From IMG/VR virus record IMGVR_UViG_3300045988_094729: a stretch of DNA of 34,669 bases. One strand, given 5' to 3'. Below are positions 13,049 to 22,615 of this stretch, in pieces. Each line of letters opens with the position of its first letter. Within the stretch, counting starts at the first letter, position 1. The notes beneath the pieces are model-generated. The model had not been told where the DNA came from, did not search any database, and saw only the letters and a program-made list of their open reading frames with translations. Position numbers and translations under genes: made by a program. This DNA comes from a virus.

Positions 13049-15173
13049 GCGCTCACAACCTCCTGTACTGCCCACACGCCATTGTATACATCAAATTCAT
13101 AGGTCTTGTTTGCCTCTATTGCCGGGGCCGCGCCAATGAATGTGCCACTAAATGACACCGATACACTACTACCCGTAGTAAATGTGCCATGCGCCCAGCC
13201 GGATGCGGGAGGGGTGAATACATATGTACCAACAGGAGAAGATGCATTATATATAGTATTTGCCGTCAGTGCCGCGCCACTGGCGGGGAGGGAGGTTTCC
13301 TGTGTGGGTGGCGCGACATAATCAGTGCCGGGAATAGCAGCTTCAAAGAATGAGCCGTCACTTTTTTTATCATCGGATAATCAGTACGTTCGGACAAATC
13401 TACGGTCATTTGGACATACTGATTAAGCACGGCGAGAAGCGCAAGCGGCGATACATAATCACCTACGCTTGTGTCGGCATCCATGTCTTCAGCTGCCGCC
13501 ACTTTGCCGCCTGCACCCTTGAGCATGCCGTTAATGTTGGTCGCGGTGTCGGCAGTTATCTCGTTAGGGCCAGCGGGGCCCTGTTCGCCCTGTATGCCGG
13601 GGTCACCTTTCGCTCCCGTATCGCCCTGCGGGCCTTTGATGCTGGTACTTGCGGGGTTATCCAGTCCACCGTTATTGCTCCATGAGATTATGCCCTCGGC
13701 AGAGACGGCGGGGGTAAAATACGGCCCGGTGTCGCCCTTGGGGCCGGTGTCGCCTTTCACTCCCTGCTCTCCCTTTGCGCCCTGCTCACCAGTCGCGCCC
13801 TGTTCTCCCTTGGGGACGCCGAACTTAAAGGCAAATACCTTCGCGGTATCTGCGCCGGAAGCTGTCACCTCTACAGTAGCGGGGGTTCCCGCGTCAAGGG
13901 TGGTCGCCGTGGCGGTAGGTGTGCCGAATCCGGCGGCTTCGCCCGTGGGGCCTTGTTCTCCCTGCGGGCCTTTTATGTTGGCTTCGGGGGGATTAGCGAG
14001 GCCGCCGTTGTTTGTCCATGAGATAACTCCCTCGGCGGATACCGAGGGGGTAAAGTAGGGGCCGGTGTCGCCTTTAGCTCCGGCTGCGCCGGGGTCGCCC
14101 TTGGGGCCCGTATCGCCTTTAGGGCCAGTGGGGCCTTGCTCACCTTTTGCGCCCTGCAAGGGGCCGTTGTTTACCCACTTGGAATTTACGCCGTCCCAGA
14201 TATATATATCATACGGTTCGCCCGCGCCCACGCCGTAAGCGTCGCCAGCGGAGGGGTTAGATACTCCGGCTTGTAATGCCGAGAGAGAAGTGTAATAGCC
14301 CAACACGGCAAATCCTTCACCCGTATCGCCCTTGGCTCCCTGTGCGCCCTGTGGCCCCCTTATATTGACTGTGGCGGGGTTTTCCAGCCCGCCGTCATTA
14401 CTCCACGATAAATCGCCGTCAGCGGTCACAGAGGGCGTATAGTGCGCTCCTGCGGGGCCTCGTTCGCCCGTGGCTCCCGTGCCCCCTTTGGGGCCCGTTT
14501 CTCCCTTGTCTCCGGGGTCGCCTTTAGGCCCTTGGATACCCTGTTCACCTTTGGGGCCAGTGGGGCCCGTTTCTCCTGCGGCTCCCGTGTCGCCTTTATC
14601 GCCTTTCTTGCCTTCGGGGCCTTGGGGGCCGACGGGGCCGGGAGTGCCGTCCTGCCACGCCGAGCCGCTTGCGGTTCGAGTGAGTACCTGCCCCGGCGTT
14701 CCGCCCGCCGGCAATCCCCCGCCGCCGGATCCGCCGCCGCTCTGCGCCGCCTCGTTTATGGCCGCTACAAGGGTATTCTTGTCCGCGGTGGTCAACTCGT
14801 CCATGTCGCCGATTTTTGCAAGGAGTTGTTCGTACTGCGTCAGGGATATATCCGGCAGTTCGCCATCCGCAGCGCCGAATGGCAGTACGTCAAACCATAC
14901 CGGGCCCGCCGTCACGCGGCTGTCGGCCTTTATGCCGGATAGTTTCAGTTCCCAGCGTCCTGCAGTGAGGTTTATTCCCTGCGCTGCAGTGATTTCGCCA
15001 CTTGTGAGCTCCGCGGTTATGGTCTTATCTCCGCATACAAAATAGGCCGTGATAACGCGGCCGTTCCAGTCGGCGTCAAACGCAAATTTTGCAGTCAGAT
15101 AGTTTATGCTGTCCGCCACCACAAGTGGTGTACGCAGCATAAGCCTCTGCCCGCGTATAATGCCTGTAAGCAT
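13045..15173 (-). CDS. collagen-like tail fibre. The zero frame stops at 13266 (635 aa); the -1 frame after A AAA AAA (13368..13362) extends it to 13045 (709 aa).
   Basis: Long G-X-Y runs (GPQGPEGKKGDKGDTGAAGETGPTGPKGEQG...). A module Y(F)TPSVSAEGxISWxNNGGLxNP occurs three times. A startless 105-codon -1 ORF reads SDGSFFEAAIPGTDYVAPP...YEFDVYNGVWAVQEVVSA. Confidence 0.8.
13362..13368 (-). other. A AAA AAA heptamer in X XXY YYZ phase (candidate -1 shift site or A-tract indel)
   Basis: The zero frame reads ATG ATA AAA AAA GTG. The -1 frame opens only 4 codons upstream (TGA TTA TCC GAT GAT AAA AAA AGT). Confidence 0.6.
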
Positions 15174-15183
15174 AGTCGCCCTC

Positions 15184-15414
15184 CTACAGTTTGTATTCTA
15201 TGACATAAGTGCCGGATATTTTATTCACTTTTACCCGGTCGCCCGCTTTCAACGAGAGCGCGGCGTTATATTTATAGCGTTTCTGCGTAGCGGTAGTTTC
15301 TCCGTCAAATTTGAGCGTGGCTTTGCCGCCGGACACTGCCACCACAGAGGCAAATTTCGCCGCTGATGGCCTGCGCTTTTGTAAAAACAGTGCTTCCTGC
15401 TCCTGATATATCAC
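15184..15414 (-). CDS. small tail/baseplate-region protein
   Basis: 76-aa ORF overlapping the upstream gene by 4 nt. Confidence 0.5.
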   Translation of the reverse strand: MIYQEQEALFLQKRRPSAAKFASVVAVSGGKATLKFDGETTATQKRYKYNAALSLKAGDRVKVNKISGTYVIEYKL

Positions 15415-16463
15415 ACGAACACCACCTTTTTTGCCTGATGCTCCATGAGGGCGCCAGGGCGTATCTCTATTTTCCAGTCGGTTTCCTCGTATACGCCCAC
15501 CAGATCCCCGTTATACAGCGCGATAACATCTCCTACGCCATGGGCCGGGTTTATGGCCGTGTAAAATTTGATTTTTTGCGTTGCAAACATGGATTTCACA
15601 GCAAGATTATCCGCGTATTTTTGCAGCGCCGTCTGGCTTGCTATATTATCCAGTTCAACCGGCGTCGCCAATATGCGCCGCCCCCTGCGTACCGTGGACA
15701 AAGCGGAGATCATGCTGTCATTTATGCCCGTTGCGGTCATGGGGTTGTCATAGTCAGGGTTAGATACGTTGACGATGAAAACGTTGGGGGCCTCATATAT
15801 GTCCATTTCCTCTGTGTATTCCGGGGCGATAATACTATATTCGTCGTCCCGATACTCCCGGTCTATGTTGGAGCTGGACGGAGCCTCGTACCTTTCAAGG
15901 CGGGCCACCCCATCAAAATCAAACCAAACATCCGAAAAGTTTATCTCGGACAGCAGTGCATTGATAATGGTGAGATATTCCGTTCCTATTTCCCAATCCT
16001 CACGGTCTGTGGCAAGAGTGTCCTCGCAATCGTCCATCCGTATGCGCGGTATTCCGGCGTCCCGGATAAGGCTCTGTATCGCAGTCATATATGGCGTCCC
16101 CGCCGCAATATAATACCGGGCCTCGGTTTTGGTTTGTTTGAGCTTCAGTGCGCGGTCGTATGCCTCTATGGTGTCCTCGTCCTTGCCGTATTTAGTGTGT
16201 TTGGTGGTCAGCGTGCCCACCATGTATATGCCGAGAGGATACTCTATGCCGTCCTTGATGTAATACGGTCTTATTTCGTCGTTTAGATAATCCACATTGT
16301 CGTTATGCTCGAACACGCCGTATATGGAGGTTTTTATTTCGCCATCGGCAGCCATGGTGACGGTGGGATAGCTATCTCCCACCGCCGCCAGATTGTGCTC
16401 TGTAACAGCCCCGTTGTGTATCACCTCAAAGCGGCTGGCTACTATACTCAGTGTATCAGTCAT
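15411..16463 (-). CDS. tail-associated (Tal-like) baseplate/hub protein
   Basis: 350 aa, positioned immediately after the Dit-like gene in a siphovirus tail module. Assignment rests on synteny only. Confidence 0.55.
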   Translation of the reverse strand: MTDTLSIVASRFEVIHNGAVTEHNLAAVGDSYPTVTMAADGEIKTSIYGVFEHNDNVDYLNDEIRPYYIKDGIEYPLGIYMVGTLTTKHTKYGKDEDTIEAYDRALKLKQTKTEARYYIAAGTPYMTAIQSLIRDAGIPRIRMDDCEDTLATDREDWEIGTEYLTIINALLSEINFSDVWFDFDGVARLERYEAPSSSNIDREYRDDEYSIIAPEYTEEMDIYEAPNVFIVNVSNPDYDNPMTATGINDSMISALSTVRRGRRILATPVELDNIASQTALQKYADNLAVKSMFATQKIKFYTAINPAHGVGDVIALYNGDLVGVYEETDWKIEIRPGALMEHQAKKVVFV

Positions 16464-18207
16464 ACTCTATTCTCTCCATATTGTCCGTCTGCTGTATGCT
16501 GCACGAAAATGCCCTGAAAAACTGGTCTACGCTCAGTTCGAAGCCCATCAGCGGGCCGGTGCACAGGCAGCCGTGCTGATCTCTGTATATCACGGTCTTG
16601 CCCAGCAGCCCCTCAAAAGCCGCTGCCTGCGCCGCATCGTTAAAAGCAGCGTTAAAACTGTATATTTTGGTTATTTGCTGCGAGGTCTCAGCCACGGGAT
16701 ACCGCCGCCCGGCGTAAAACTGATACGCTACATCCTGATACGCCGACACGCCCAGCGGGCTATTCTGCGCGGTGGAATATTCCAGCCGCAACCATTGCAT
16801 TTCACCCAGCGCCGCTATCTCCGGCGCGTCTACCGAAAGCGTGACCGTGACCTCATTGGACATGGAGTAACTGTCTCCAGCAACGCCGCGCACTTTATAT
16901 TTGTGCGTCCCTATGGCCATTTGGTCGGAGTATGTGTGTGCCGTGGTTTTTGCTATTGGTATGTCATCGCGGTAAATATAGTAAGTTTTGTGATCCGTTT
17001 CTGTCCATGCAAGGGCCGCTTTTTCGCCGCCCGCGGCAAAAAGTGTTATTGGCGCGCCCGGGGTGTTGGCAACGGTAAATTCAGCCGTTCCCCAATCGCT
17101 CCAAAGGCCATATTCGTTTTGTATCCGCACCGCGGCTATGTGCGCGCCATCATTCAGGTATTCTTTAACCTTATACTGCCCGTCAGTGCTGTAAGCGGTG
17201 CGGAGCACCGCATCGTCTACCTTCACCTGATAAGCAAGCTGCCCTTCGCCTGTCCACGTTATCACCGGCCTTGGGCTTGCCGTTGCGGCTACCGTCGGTG
17301 TGGATGGTTTGCCCTGAGCCGTAAACGATACTTCCGTGCTCCATGCGGATACGGCATCATAAATATTAGTGCAGCGCACACGCCAGTATACGGTTCCCGC
17401 AACTAAGGTGTTCGGCGGTATGTCGGCGTATGTGTTTGCCGTTTCTCCTGTTTGCAGCTCCGTCCATTCTGTATGTGACGTGTCTTTATATTGCAGTTCG
17501 TATTTTTTCTGTGGGATGCCGTTTTCGCTTTTGTACGTCCACTCGAATCTTACGGTCTCCCAGCTTCCGGCGTATGTGTTTTTTGGTTTTGTCGCCGTTG
17601 CGGTTATTTTATCGTTTGGGAACAGGCCCTTTATGTAGTAGCTGCCGTCGGGGTTTTGGTTATCTTCCAACTGTGTTGATTGAGGGATTACAAAAGCGGG
17701 GACAACACCATACGTTTTCGAGGGGTTGTTGTAGTTGTCGAAGCCGTCCGTGCTGACGTACCAGGCGTTGCCAGAAGATTTCAGCGAGGAAAGCCACCAG
17801 CGGGCAGCCAAGCCGTTGAGGGTTTTAATCCTCGTGTGTAATTGGAGGGTTTTGCCCTCCGCAACTCCGTTGTTATTGCCGAAGCCCGCCATGGTGTAGG
17901 TCATGGCAAACATCTTACGGGTTATATTGCCAGAGCCGGAAAGATTAAACGTTACGTCCATCATTTTTTCGCGCAGCGTTTGCGGGAAACTGTTGAATAT
18001 CGTATTTTTTATAAGATTATCCAGTGTTCCGTTCGGGTATAGGGCCGAGTTTCCAAACTCCGATTCTTCGTACACTCTTTTGTATACCAGCACCGCTCCG
18101 CCGGATACGAGGTTATCTTTATCCGCCACTTCGCATAGCCTGTTTTCTTCGGTGCCTACCGGGATGAGTATTGTTGCCCCCAGCGGCAAGTCTGCTAATG
18201 TCGCCAT
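16456..18207 (-). CDS. distal tail protein (Dit-like) with N-terminal DUF6273-like domain and Ig/FN3-like repeats
   Basis: 583 aa, directly after the tape measure. N-terminal ~200 aa are paralogous to ORF 1776..2396. The middle shows repeated beta-sandwich-like W..W...F.. patterns. Confidence 0.6.
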   Translation of the reverse strand: MATLADLPLGATILIPVGTEENRLCEVADKDNLVSGGAVLVYKRVYEESEFGNSALYPNGTLDNLIKNTIFNSFPQTLREKMMDVTFNLSGSGNITRKMFAMTYTMAGFGNNNGVAEGKTLQLHTRIKTLNGLAARWWLSSLKSSGNAWYVSTDGFDNYNNPSKTYGVVPAFVIPQSTQLEDNQNPDGSYYIKGLFPNDKITATATKPKNTYAGSWETVRFEWTYKSENGIPQKKYELQYKDTSHTEWTELQTGETANTYADIPPNTLVAGTVYWRVRCTNIYDAVSAWSTEVSFTAQGKPSTPTVAATASPRPVITWTGEGQLAYQVKVDDAVLRTAYSTDGQYKVKEYLNDGAHIAAVRIQNEYGLWSDWGTAEFTVANTPGAPITLFAAGGEKAALAWTETDHKTYYIYRDDIPIAKTTAHTYSDQMAIGTHKYKVRGVAGDSYSMSNEVTVTLSVDAPEIAALGEMQWLRLEYSTAQNSPLGVSAYQDVAYQFYAGRRYPVAETSQQITKIYSFNAAFNDAAQAAAFEGLLGKTVIYRDQHGCLCTGPLMGFELSVDQFFRAFSCSIQQTDNMERIEYD

Positions 18208-18210
18208 ATA

Positions 18211-19920
18211 TTATCCTCCGTATCCCATCCGCACGCTGCGTCGGTAGTTGTTCGCCATGTCTACCAGTTTTTGTATATCGCTTATCTGTGACATATCAAC
18301 TCTGATATTAAAAGTGTCGCCGCCCACGCCGCGGCTCTCCTGGTTGGTGAGCACCTGGCTTCCCTTTGGGAGGTTGACCAGCTCCGGGCCGTTTTCGCCC
18401 ACCCAAGTCAGGCCGCCGCGCCAGTTGTCGGTGCCGGCGGCGTTATGCGCCACGCCGCCCATCCAACGCCCGAAGCTGCTGTCTGTGCCGTTAAAGACGT
18501 TGGCTATGCTCTGTATATTCGAGGTGTCAAATCTCTTCTGCCCGAAGGAGAAAAGATAATCCAGCGTGTCTGTAAGCGCTCCCACAGCGTTTACGACCAC
18601 CTTCACCGCGTCCGCGAACAGGGCCAGTACGCCGCCAATCGCCTGGAATACCGGCTTTAGCAGGTTGAGTATATCCAGCACCGGCTCTAACGCCTGTAAC
18701 AGGTTGCCCGCCAGTTCGATGATTGTGCCGAAAAGGTCAACCAGCCCCGTATCCGCCGCAAACTCCGCAAATTGCATCGCAAGGTCGCCCACGATCTGTA
18801 TTACCTGTTCGAGGGCCGGTGCAAAAGCAGCCGCAACTTTGCTTTTCGCGGCTTCCATTTTTGCCTCGAACATTCCGAGCGAATCGCTGAGAGAGGCCAG
18901 CTTTTGTATGTCCTCGTCCTTCACGATGGGCGCTGCCGAGGCTACCTGTTCTATTGCCCTGCCGTATTTTTCAAGCATGGGGATAACGGCTTCTTCGCCG
19001 GTCGTTCCCAGCAGTTTTGAGGCTATTGCATTTCTATCGGTTACGTCGGACATCTGTGCCAGAGCGCTGTATACCTCTGTAAAAAGCTGTGCCTGTGATT
19101 TCATCGTGCCGTCGGTGTTTGTCACCGATACGCCGAGGCGGTCGAACATTTCCGCCGCTTCGCCGGAGCCGCTGGCGGCGTCCTGTGCTTTCTCTGCAAG
19201 GGCGGAAAGGTCTCCCTTAGCCTGATCCATCGAGTAACCCACGGACTGCATTACATAATCGAGCCGCTGATATGATTCGGTGGACATGCCAAGCTGAGAT
19301 GAACCGCTCTCGATTTCTTTGGCCCATTCTGCCTGCTGCACCGTCAAGTCGATAAGCGCTTTTTCTACCACCACTATCGCGGCGGCTACCGCCGCAAACG
19401 TGCCTATCAGCGCCATGGATTGACCGTCTATCTTCACCATCCCGTCGAGGGTTCCCTTGATGTTGTCCGGCAGGCTTATTCCAAATTTGCTGCCCAGTTC
19501 GTCGAGCGCATCGCCCAGCCCCTTGCTGTTGTCCCCCGCATTATCAGCCCCATCGCCGTACTCTTTCAAGGCTTCCGTGTTGTTTTTCAGCTCTTTTTCG
19601 GCTTTTATGAGCGCCGTTTCGGTGTCGTTCACGGCCTTTTTCATGCGCATCGTGCGTTCGTCGGCCTCGCCATAGGCCGCGCCCACCTTCTTTAGCCACT
19701 CTTCCTGCAATTCCAGTTTGTCTTTCAGGTTCAACACGCTTTCGTCGAGGTTTTTGTTTTTTGCGTTCAACGCCTCGGCGGAATCGGCATTATCCTCAAA
19801 CTGCGCCGCCAGCTTTTTTGATTCCGATTGCAGCACTTTCATGCCGTTATCTATGCTTTTCAGCGCTTCTTTATATTCCTTTTCCCCTTCGGCTATAAAT
19901 TTCGTTCTTATGCTCGGCAT
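18211..19920 (-). CDS. tail tape measure protein
   Basis: 569 aa with a coiled-coil N-terminus and Ala/Gly-rich hydrophobic centre. It follows the G/GT chaperone pair. Confidence 0.85.
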   Translation of the reverse strand: MPSIRTKFIAEGEKEYKEALKSIDNGMKVLQSESKKLAAQFEDNADSAEALNAKNKNLDESVLNLKDKLELQEEWLKKVGAAYGEADERTMRMKKAVNDTETALIKAEKELKNNTEALKEYGDGADNAGDNSKGLGDALDELGSKFGISLPDNIKGTLDGMVKIDGQSMALIGTFAAVAAAIVVVEKALIDLTVQQAEWAKEIESGSSQLGMSTESYQRLDYVMQSVGYSMDQAKGDLSALAEKAQDAASGSGEAAEMFDRLGVSVTNTDGTMKSQAQLFTEVYSALAQMSDVTDRNAIASKLLGTTGEEAVIPMLEKYGRAIEQVASAAPIVKDEDIQKLASLSDSLGMFEAKMEAAKSKVAAAFAPALEQVIQIVGDLAMQFAEFAADTGLVDLFGTIIELAGNLLQALEPVLDILNLLKPVFQAIGGVLALFADAVKVVVNAVGALTDTLDYLFSFGQKRFDTSNIQSIANVFNGTDSSFGRWMGGVAHNAAGTDNWRGGLTWVGENGPELVNLPKGSQVLTNQESRGVGGDTFNIRVDMSQISDIQKLVDMANNYRRSVRMGYGG

Positions 19921-20450
19921 TTACGTACCTCCCAAAAATGCGGATAGGCTTTTAGTTTTCTCCTGCGTTATGCCCTGCATTTTTGCATATTCTTTGATTA
20001 TTCTTGCTATCCTGTACGGCGTGGCCGTTTTCCAGAATTCCCTTTCACTCAGTCCGAATCGTATCACCCATACCGTAAGATACCACGCGAAATTTATGGG
20101 TTCGTCTTCCGCGTGGTTTTCGCGTTTTTTGGTTCCGCTTCCTCATCGCCGCGAAGCGCCGCTGCAGTCAGTTCCATCACGAGCGACGTTACGCCCGAAA
20201 GCTGTGAGGGCGGTATGAGCCGCCCCACTTGCTTCACGGTATAAGACTTGTCGGAGCCCTCGCTGTCAAGATAGTCGTTTATCATGGCAGTCAAAAAGCA
20301 CACGATTGTCTTTGTCGTAGCGCTCCTGAGCGCTTTTGATATATTGCCGTCAAACATTTCCTGCACGTCCGCCAGCACATTCATGTTGCAGCAGAGGGTC
20401 ATTTCCTGTCCGTCAAAGGTGTATTTTGCGGTTTTCAGTCTTATATCCAT
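19921..20450 (-). CDS. tail assembly chaperone G (20094..20450) and -1 frameshift product GT (to 19921)
   Basis: CCA AAA AAC at 20132..20124. The -1 frame reads ...RENHAEDEPINFAWYLTVWVIRFGLSEREFWKTATPYRIARIIKEY... and ends in TAA immediately before the tape-measure ATG. Confidence 0.8.
20124..20130 (-). other. slippery heptamer A AAA AAC (programmed -1 ribosomal frameshift)
   Basis: In the correct X XXY YYZ phase of ORF 20094..20450, 10 codons before its stop. Confidence 0.75.
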
Positions 20451-20462
20451 GCCGTTCTCCTT

Positions 20463-21044
20463 TTATGACGCGCCGAAGCACTTGTTTATCCACGCTACCG
20501 CATCGCTTTCGCTTGCCAGTGTTGCAGTCTCCATGATATTCTTGTCCTCGCTGTCATCTGCTAAAAACTCGCCCGTGGTCGTGGGAGTCTGGAAGGTGAT
20601 GCTGTCGCCTTTTGTGGCGTATACATAGCCGGGTGCGCCAAAAAGCACCTTGTACACAAAGACGGCGGTATATTTGTCCGTGCCGTCAATAGCGTCCGGG
20701 GCGTAAAAGCCCATGCCGACATACTTCGCAATGTCCTTCGCAGTGGCTTTAAGGCTCTTTTGTGAGGTGTTTGTTCCTACGTTGCGCGTATTTTCGCTCA
20801 TGCCAAAAAGCAGTTTCTGTGCCGCGTCGGTGATGTATTTCACTCCAACGCTGACAGTGCCGCCGGTTATGAGTTTCTTGTACTCGGCAAGGCGGCTCTC
20901 GGCGTACAGTCTGCCCTCGGCAGCGGTCAGGTTCAGCTCCACGCTCATTGCGTCGCCCATGCTTACGGGCGTATCATAAGTGATGGTGCCGTCGGTATTT
21001 GTGTACTTGCCGATTTTTATTCCTCTGAGATCAAAAGTAGGCAT
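20463..21044 (-). CDS. major tail protein (phi13-like family)
   Basis: 193 aa. Position upstream of the chaperones. N-terminus MPTFDLRGIKIGKYTNTDGTITYDTPVSMGDAMSVELN is typical of this family. Confidence 0.75.
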   Translation of the reverse strand: MPTFDLRGIKIGKYTNTDGTITYDTPVSMGDAMSVELNLTAAEGRLYAESRLAEYKKLITGGTVSVGVKYITDAAQKLLFGMSENTRNVGTNTSQKSLKATAKDIAKYVGMGFYAPDAIDGTDKYTAVFVYKVLFGAPGYVYATKGDSITFQTPTTTGEFLADDSEDKNIMETATLASESDAVAWINKCFGAS

Positions 21045-21461
21045 TTAATCCAATCCTTTCTGCTTAAAAAATAGGTTTACCTTTTGGTTCAAAATTTCCT
21101 CAAATTTCTTTACTGCGCGTTCCTCGGCTATTGTCCAGAAACGGGAACCGGGGTCGTTAGAGCGCCCATAGTTGCGGCTGAATGCCACTTGCCCATTGGA
21201 CGCGCCGCTGTCGTTTTTCCCTGTGGGCTTTACCATAACATAGCGGGAGCCGTCCTTATCCTTGCCTTTTGATTTTTTGATAGAGCGTAGCAGAGAGCCG
21301 GTACGATATTCGCCATACTGATATATGGCCCGTTCGATTTCCTGTTTTGCATAGTCTGCGCCATCGTTCATCAGTTCGTCGTTTAGTTTGTCCATGCCGT
21401 CCCTTACGCCTTTTAGGGCCGCCTCCACCTCATCAAATCCGGAAAACTCAACGTTAGCCAT
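21045..21461 (-). CDS. HK97 gp10-like tail-completion protein
   Basis: 138 aa. FSGFDEVEAAL...YAKQEIERAI pattern plus synteny. Confidence 0.6.
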   Translation of the reverse strand: MANVEFSGFDEVEAALKGVRDGMDKLNDELMNDGADYAKQEIERAIYQYGEYRTGSLLRSIKKSKGKDKDGSRYVMVKPTGKNDSGASNGQVAFSRNYGRSNDPGSRFWTIAEERAVKKFEEILNQKVNLFFKQKGLD

Positions 21462-21777
21462 ATATCCCTCCTACGCCCACCGCGGTCATGGCAATGTGGT
21501 ACAGTCCCGTGTCCACTTCGTATATTTCCGCGTCCACAGTGCAACTCCAGCCTGCCGCAGCGAGCCTGCCCTTGATATCCTTTATAGCCAGCTCGAACGG
21601 GGGAGTGTCGGTGTAGTAATCCACAGAGTACATCACGCCCGTTTCCTTTTCTGCGCCCTCTGCGTATAGCGTCCCGATCTGGCCCATGCACTGATACGTG
21701 ATATAGCTGCGCTGGTCGCCCATGTAGGGCGGGTGGCATACGGTGTATCCATCCTTGAGTATCTCCGCTATGGTCAT
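21454..21777 (-). CDS. neck / tail-completion protein (hypothetical)
   Basis: 107 aa, ATGA overlap with the upstream gene. Synteny only. Confidence 0.5.
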   Translation of the reverse strand: MTIAEILKDGYTVCHPPYMGDQRSYITYQCMGQIGTLYAEGAEKETGVMYSVDYYTDTPPFELAIKDIKGRLAAAGWSCTVDAEIYEVDTGLYHIAMTAVGVGGIYG

Positions 21778-22118
21778 GCCGTCACCACCCTCTGAGCCTT
21801 AATCTCCAAAAATTCCCGGCGGTCGCCTATGTTGTCTATGCTGATGATCTCGTAAGGCTCGGCATCCCGCTCATGCCATATGCGGCACTCGACGGTCACA
21901 AGGGGCGAGTAGCGCATGGTTATGGTCACGGGCTGCCGCAAGTGCAGTTCTTCCGCCTGATATACCTCCGTACCGTGGGCATTCACCCACTTGCACCACA
22001 CGGGGCCGGGGAAAACATTTTTAAAGCTTTCCGCGCTGAATCCGGCTTTGATGCTGTATTCCGGCGCTTTTATGGTGATTTTCGTTCGCATTGCGCCTGC
22101 TCCGGCTTTAATTGCCAT
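21774..22118 (-). CDS. head-tail adaptor (head closure, SPP1 gp16 / Phage_H_T_join-like)
   Basis: MRTKITIKAPEY...VWCKWVNAHGTEVYQAEE...PYEIISIDNIGDRREFLEI. ATG at 22118 overlaps the upstream TGA. Confidence 0.7.
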   Translation of the reverse strand: MAIKAGAGAMRTKITIKAPEYSIKAGFSAESFKNVFPGPVWCKWVNAHGTEVYQAEELHLRQPVTITMRYSPLVTVECRIWHERDAEPYEIISIDNIGDRREFLEIKAQRVVTA

Positions 22119-22615
22119 CAAAACCACCAGCCTTTATATTGATTCAGCATCGCGCGAACCGCTATGTCTATCTCGGTCGTAGAACCCTGTATCACAGCCT
22201 CCCGGTTGGTGTACCAATGGCCTATGAGCAGGAGCATGGCCTGTCGCACAAGGTAGGGTGTCTCCTCGTATCCTGCGGTGTAGGTTATGACTGCGCCGGG
22301 CTTGTTTACCGTCACAGTGCCGCGGCGCACGTCTGCAGTATACTCCACCGCCTCGCCGTCCACCGTAACGCTGTCCACGCTTATCACGGGGCCACGCGGG
22401 AGTGTCACAGTGCCGCTCACCTCCGGGTAAGCGGTTATGGACTGCTCCGCAAATGACTTCCCGCAATAGTTCTCGCAATATTCGCGGGCCGCGCTTATGA
22501 GAGGAGCTATTATATCCTTGTCCTCGCTGGTATCGCCGGGGTTATTCCGCAGATGCAGTTTTACCTCTTCGAGGCTTAGCGGTTCCACTGCTGGGGGTTG
22601 TCTTGTTATTACCAT
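22118..22615 (-). CDS. head-tail connector (gp6-like, QLRG-type DNA packaging protein)
   Basis: LSLEEVKLHLRNNPGDTSEDKDIIAPLISAAREYCENYCG is a typical N-terminus. RBS GGAGGCCGACA-ATG. Confidence 0.7.
   Translation of the reverse strand: MVITRQPPAVEPLSLEEVKLHLRNNPGDTSEDKDIIAPLISAAREYCENYCGKSFAEQSITAYPEVSGTVTLPRGPVISVDSVTVDGEAVEYTADVRRGTVTVNKPGAVITYTAGYEETPYLVRQAMLLLIGHWYTNREAVIQGSTTEIDIAVRAMLNQYKGWWF

Noticed and set aside
13560-14640. Diversity-generating retroelement (template/variable repeat pair) in the fibre
   Set aside because: The three repeats are in-frame structural modules with diverged sequence, not adenine-specific mismatches. No reverse transcriptase exists anywhere in the 34.6-kb genome.
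13471-15045. Long plus-strand ORFs (195 aa, 191 aa and 166 aa; Pro/Ser/Ala-rich) opposite the fibre gene
   Set aside because: They are the antisense reading of GGN-rich collagen codons. They have no SD, and the minus-strand gene has clear G-X-Y periodicity and synteny.
15366-17406. Plus-strand ORFs of 306 aa and 337 aa opposite the Tal-like and Dit-like genes. Similar cases occur at 10382..10999, 11425..12123, 23084..23968 and 2524..3063.
   Set aside because: These are shadow ORFs of GC-rich coding sequence. They are Arg/Cys/His-rich and low in complexity, and have no ribosome-binding sites. The opposite strand carries recognisable phage proteins.
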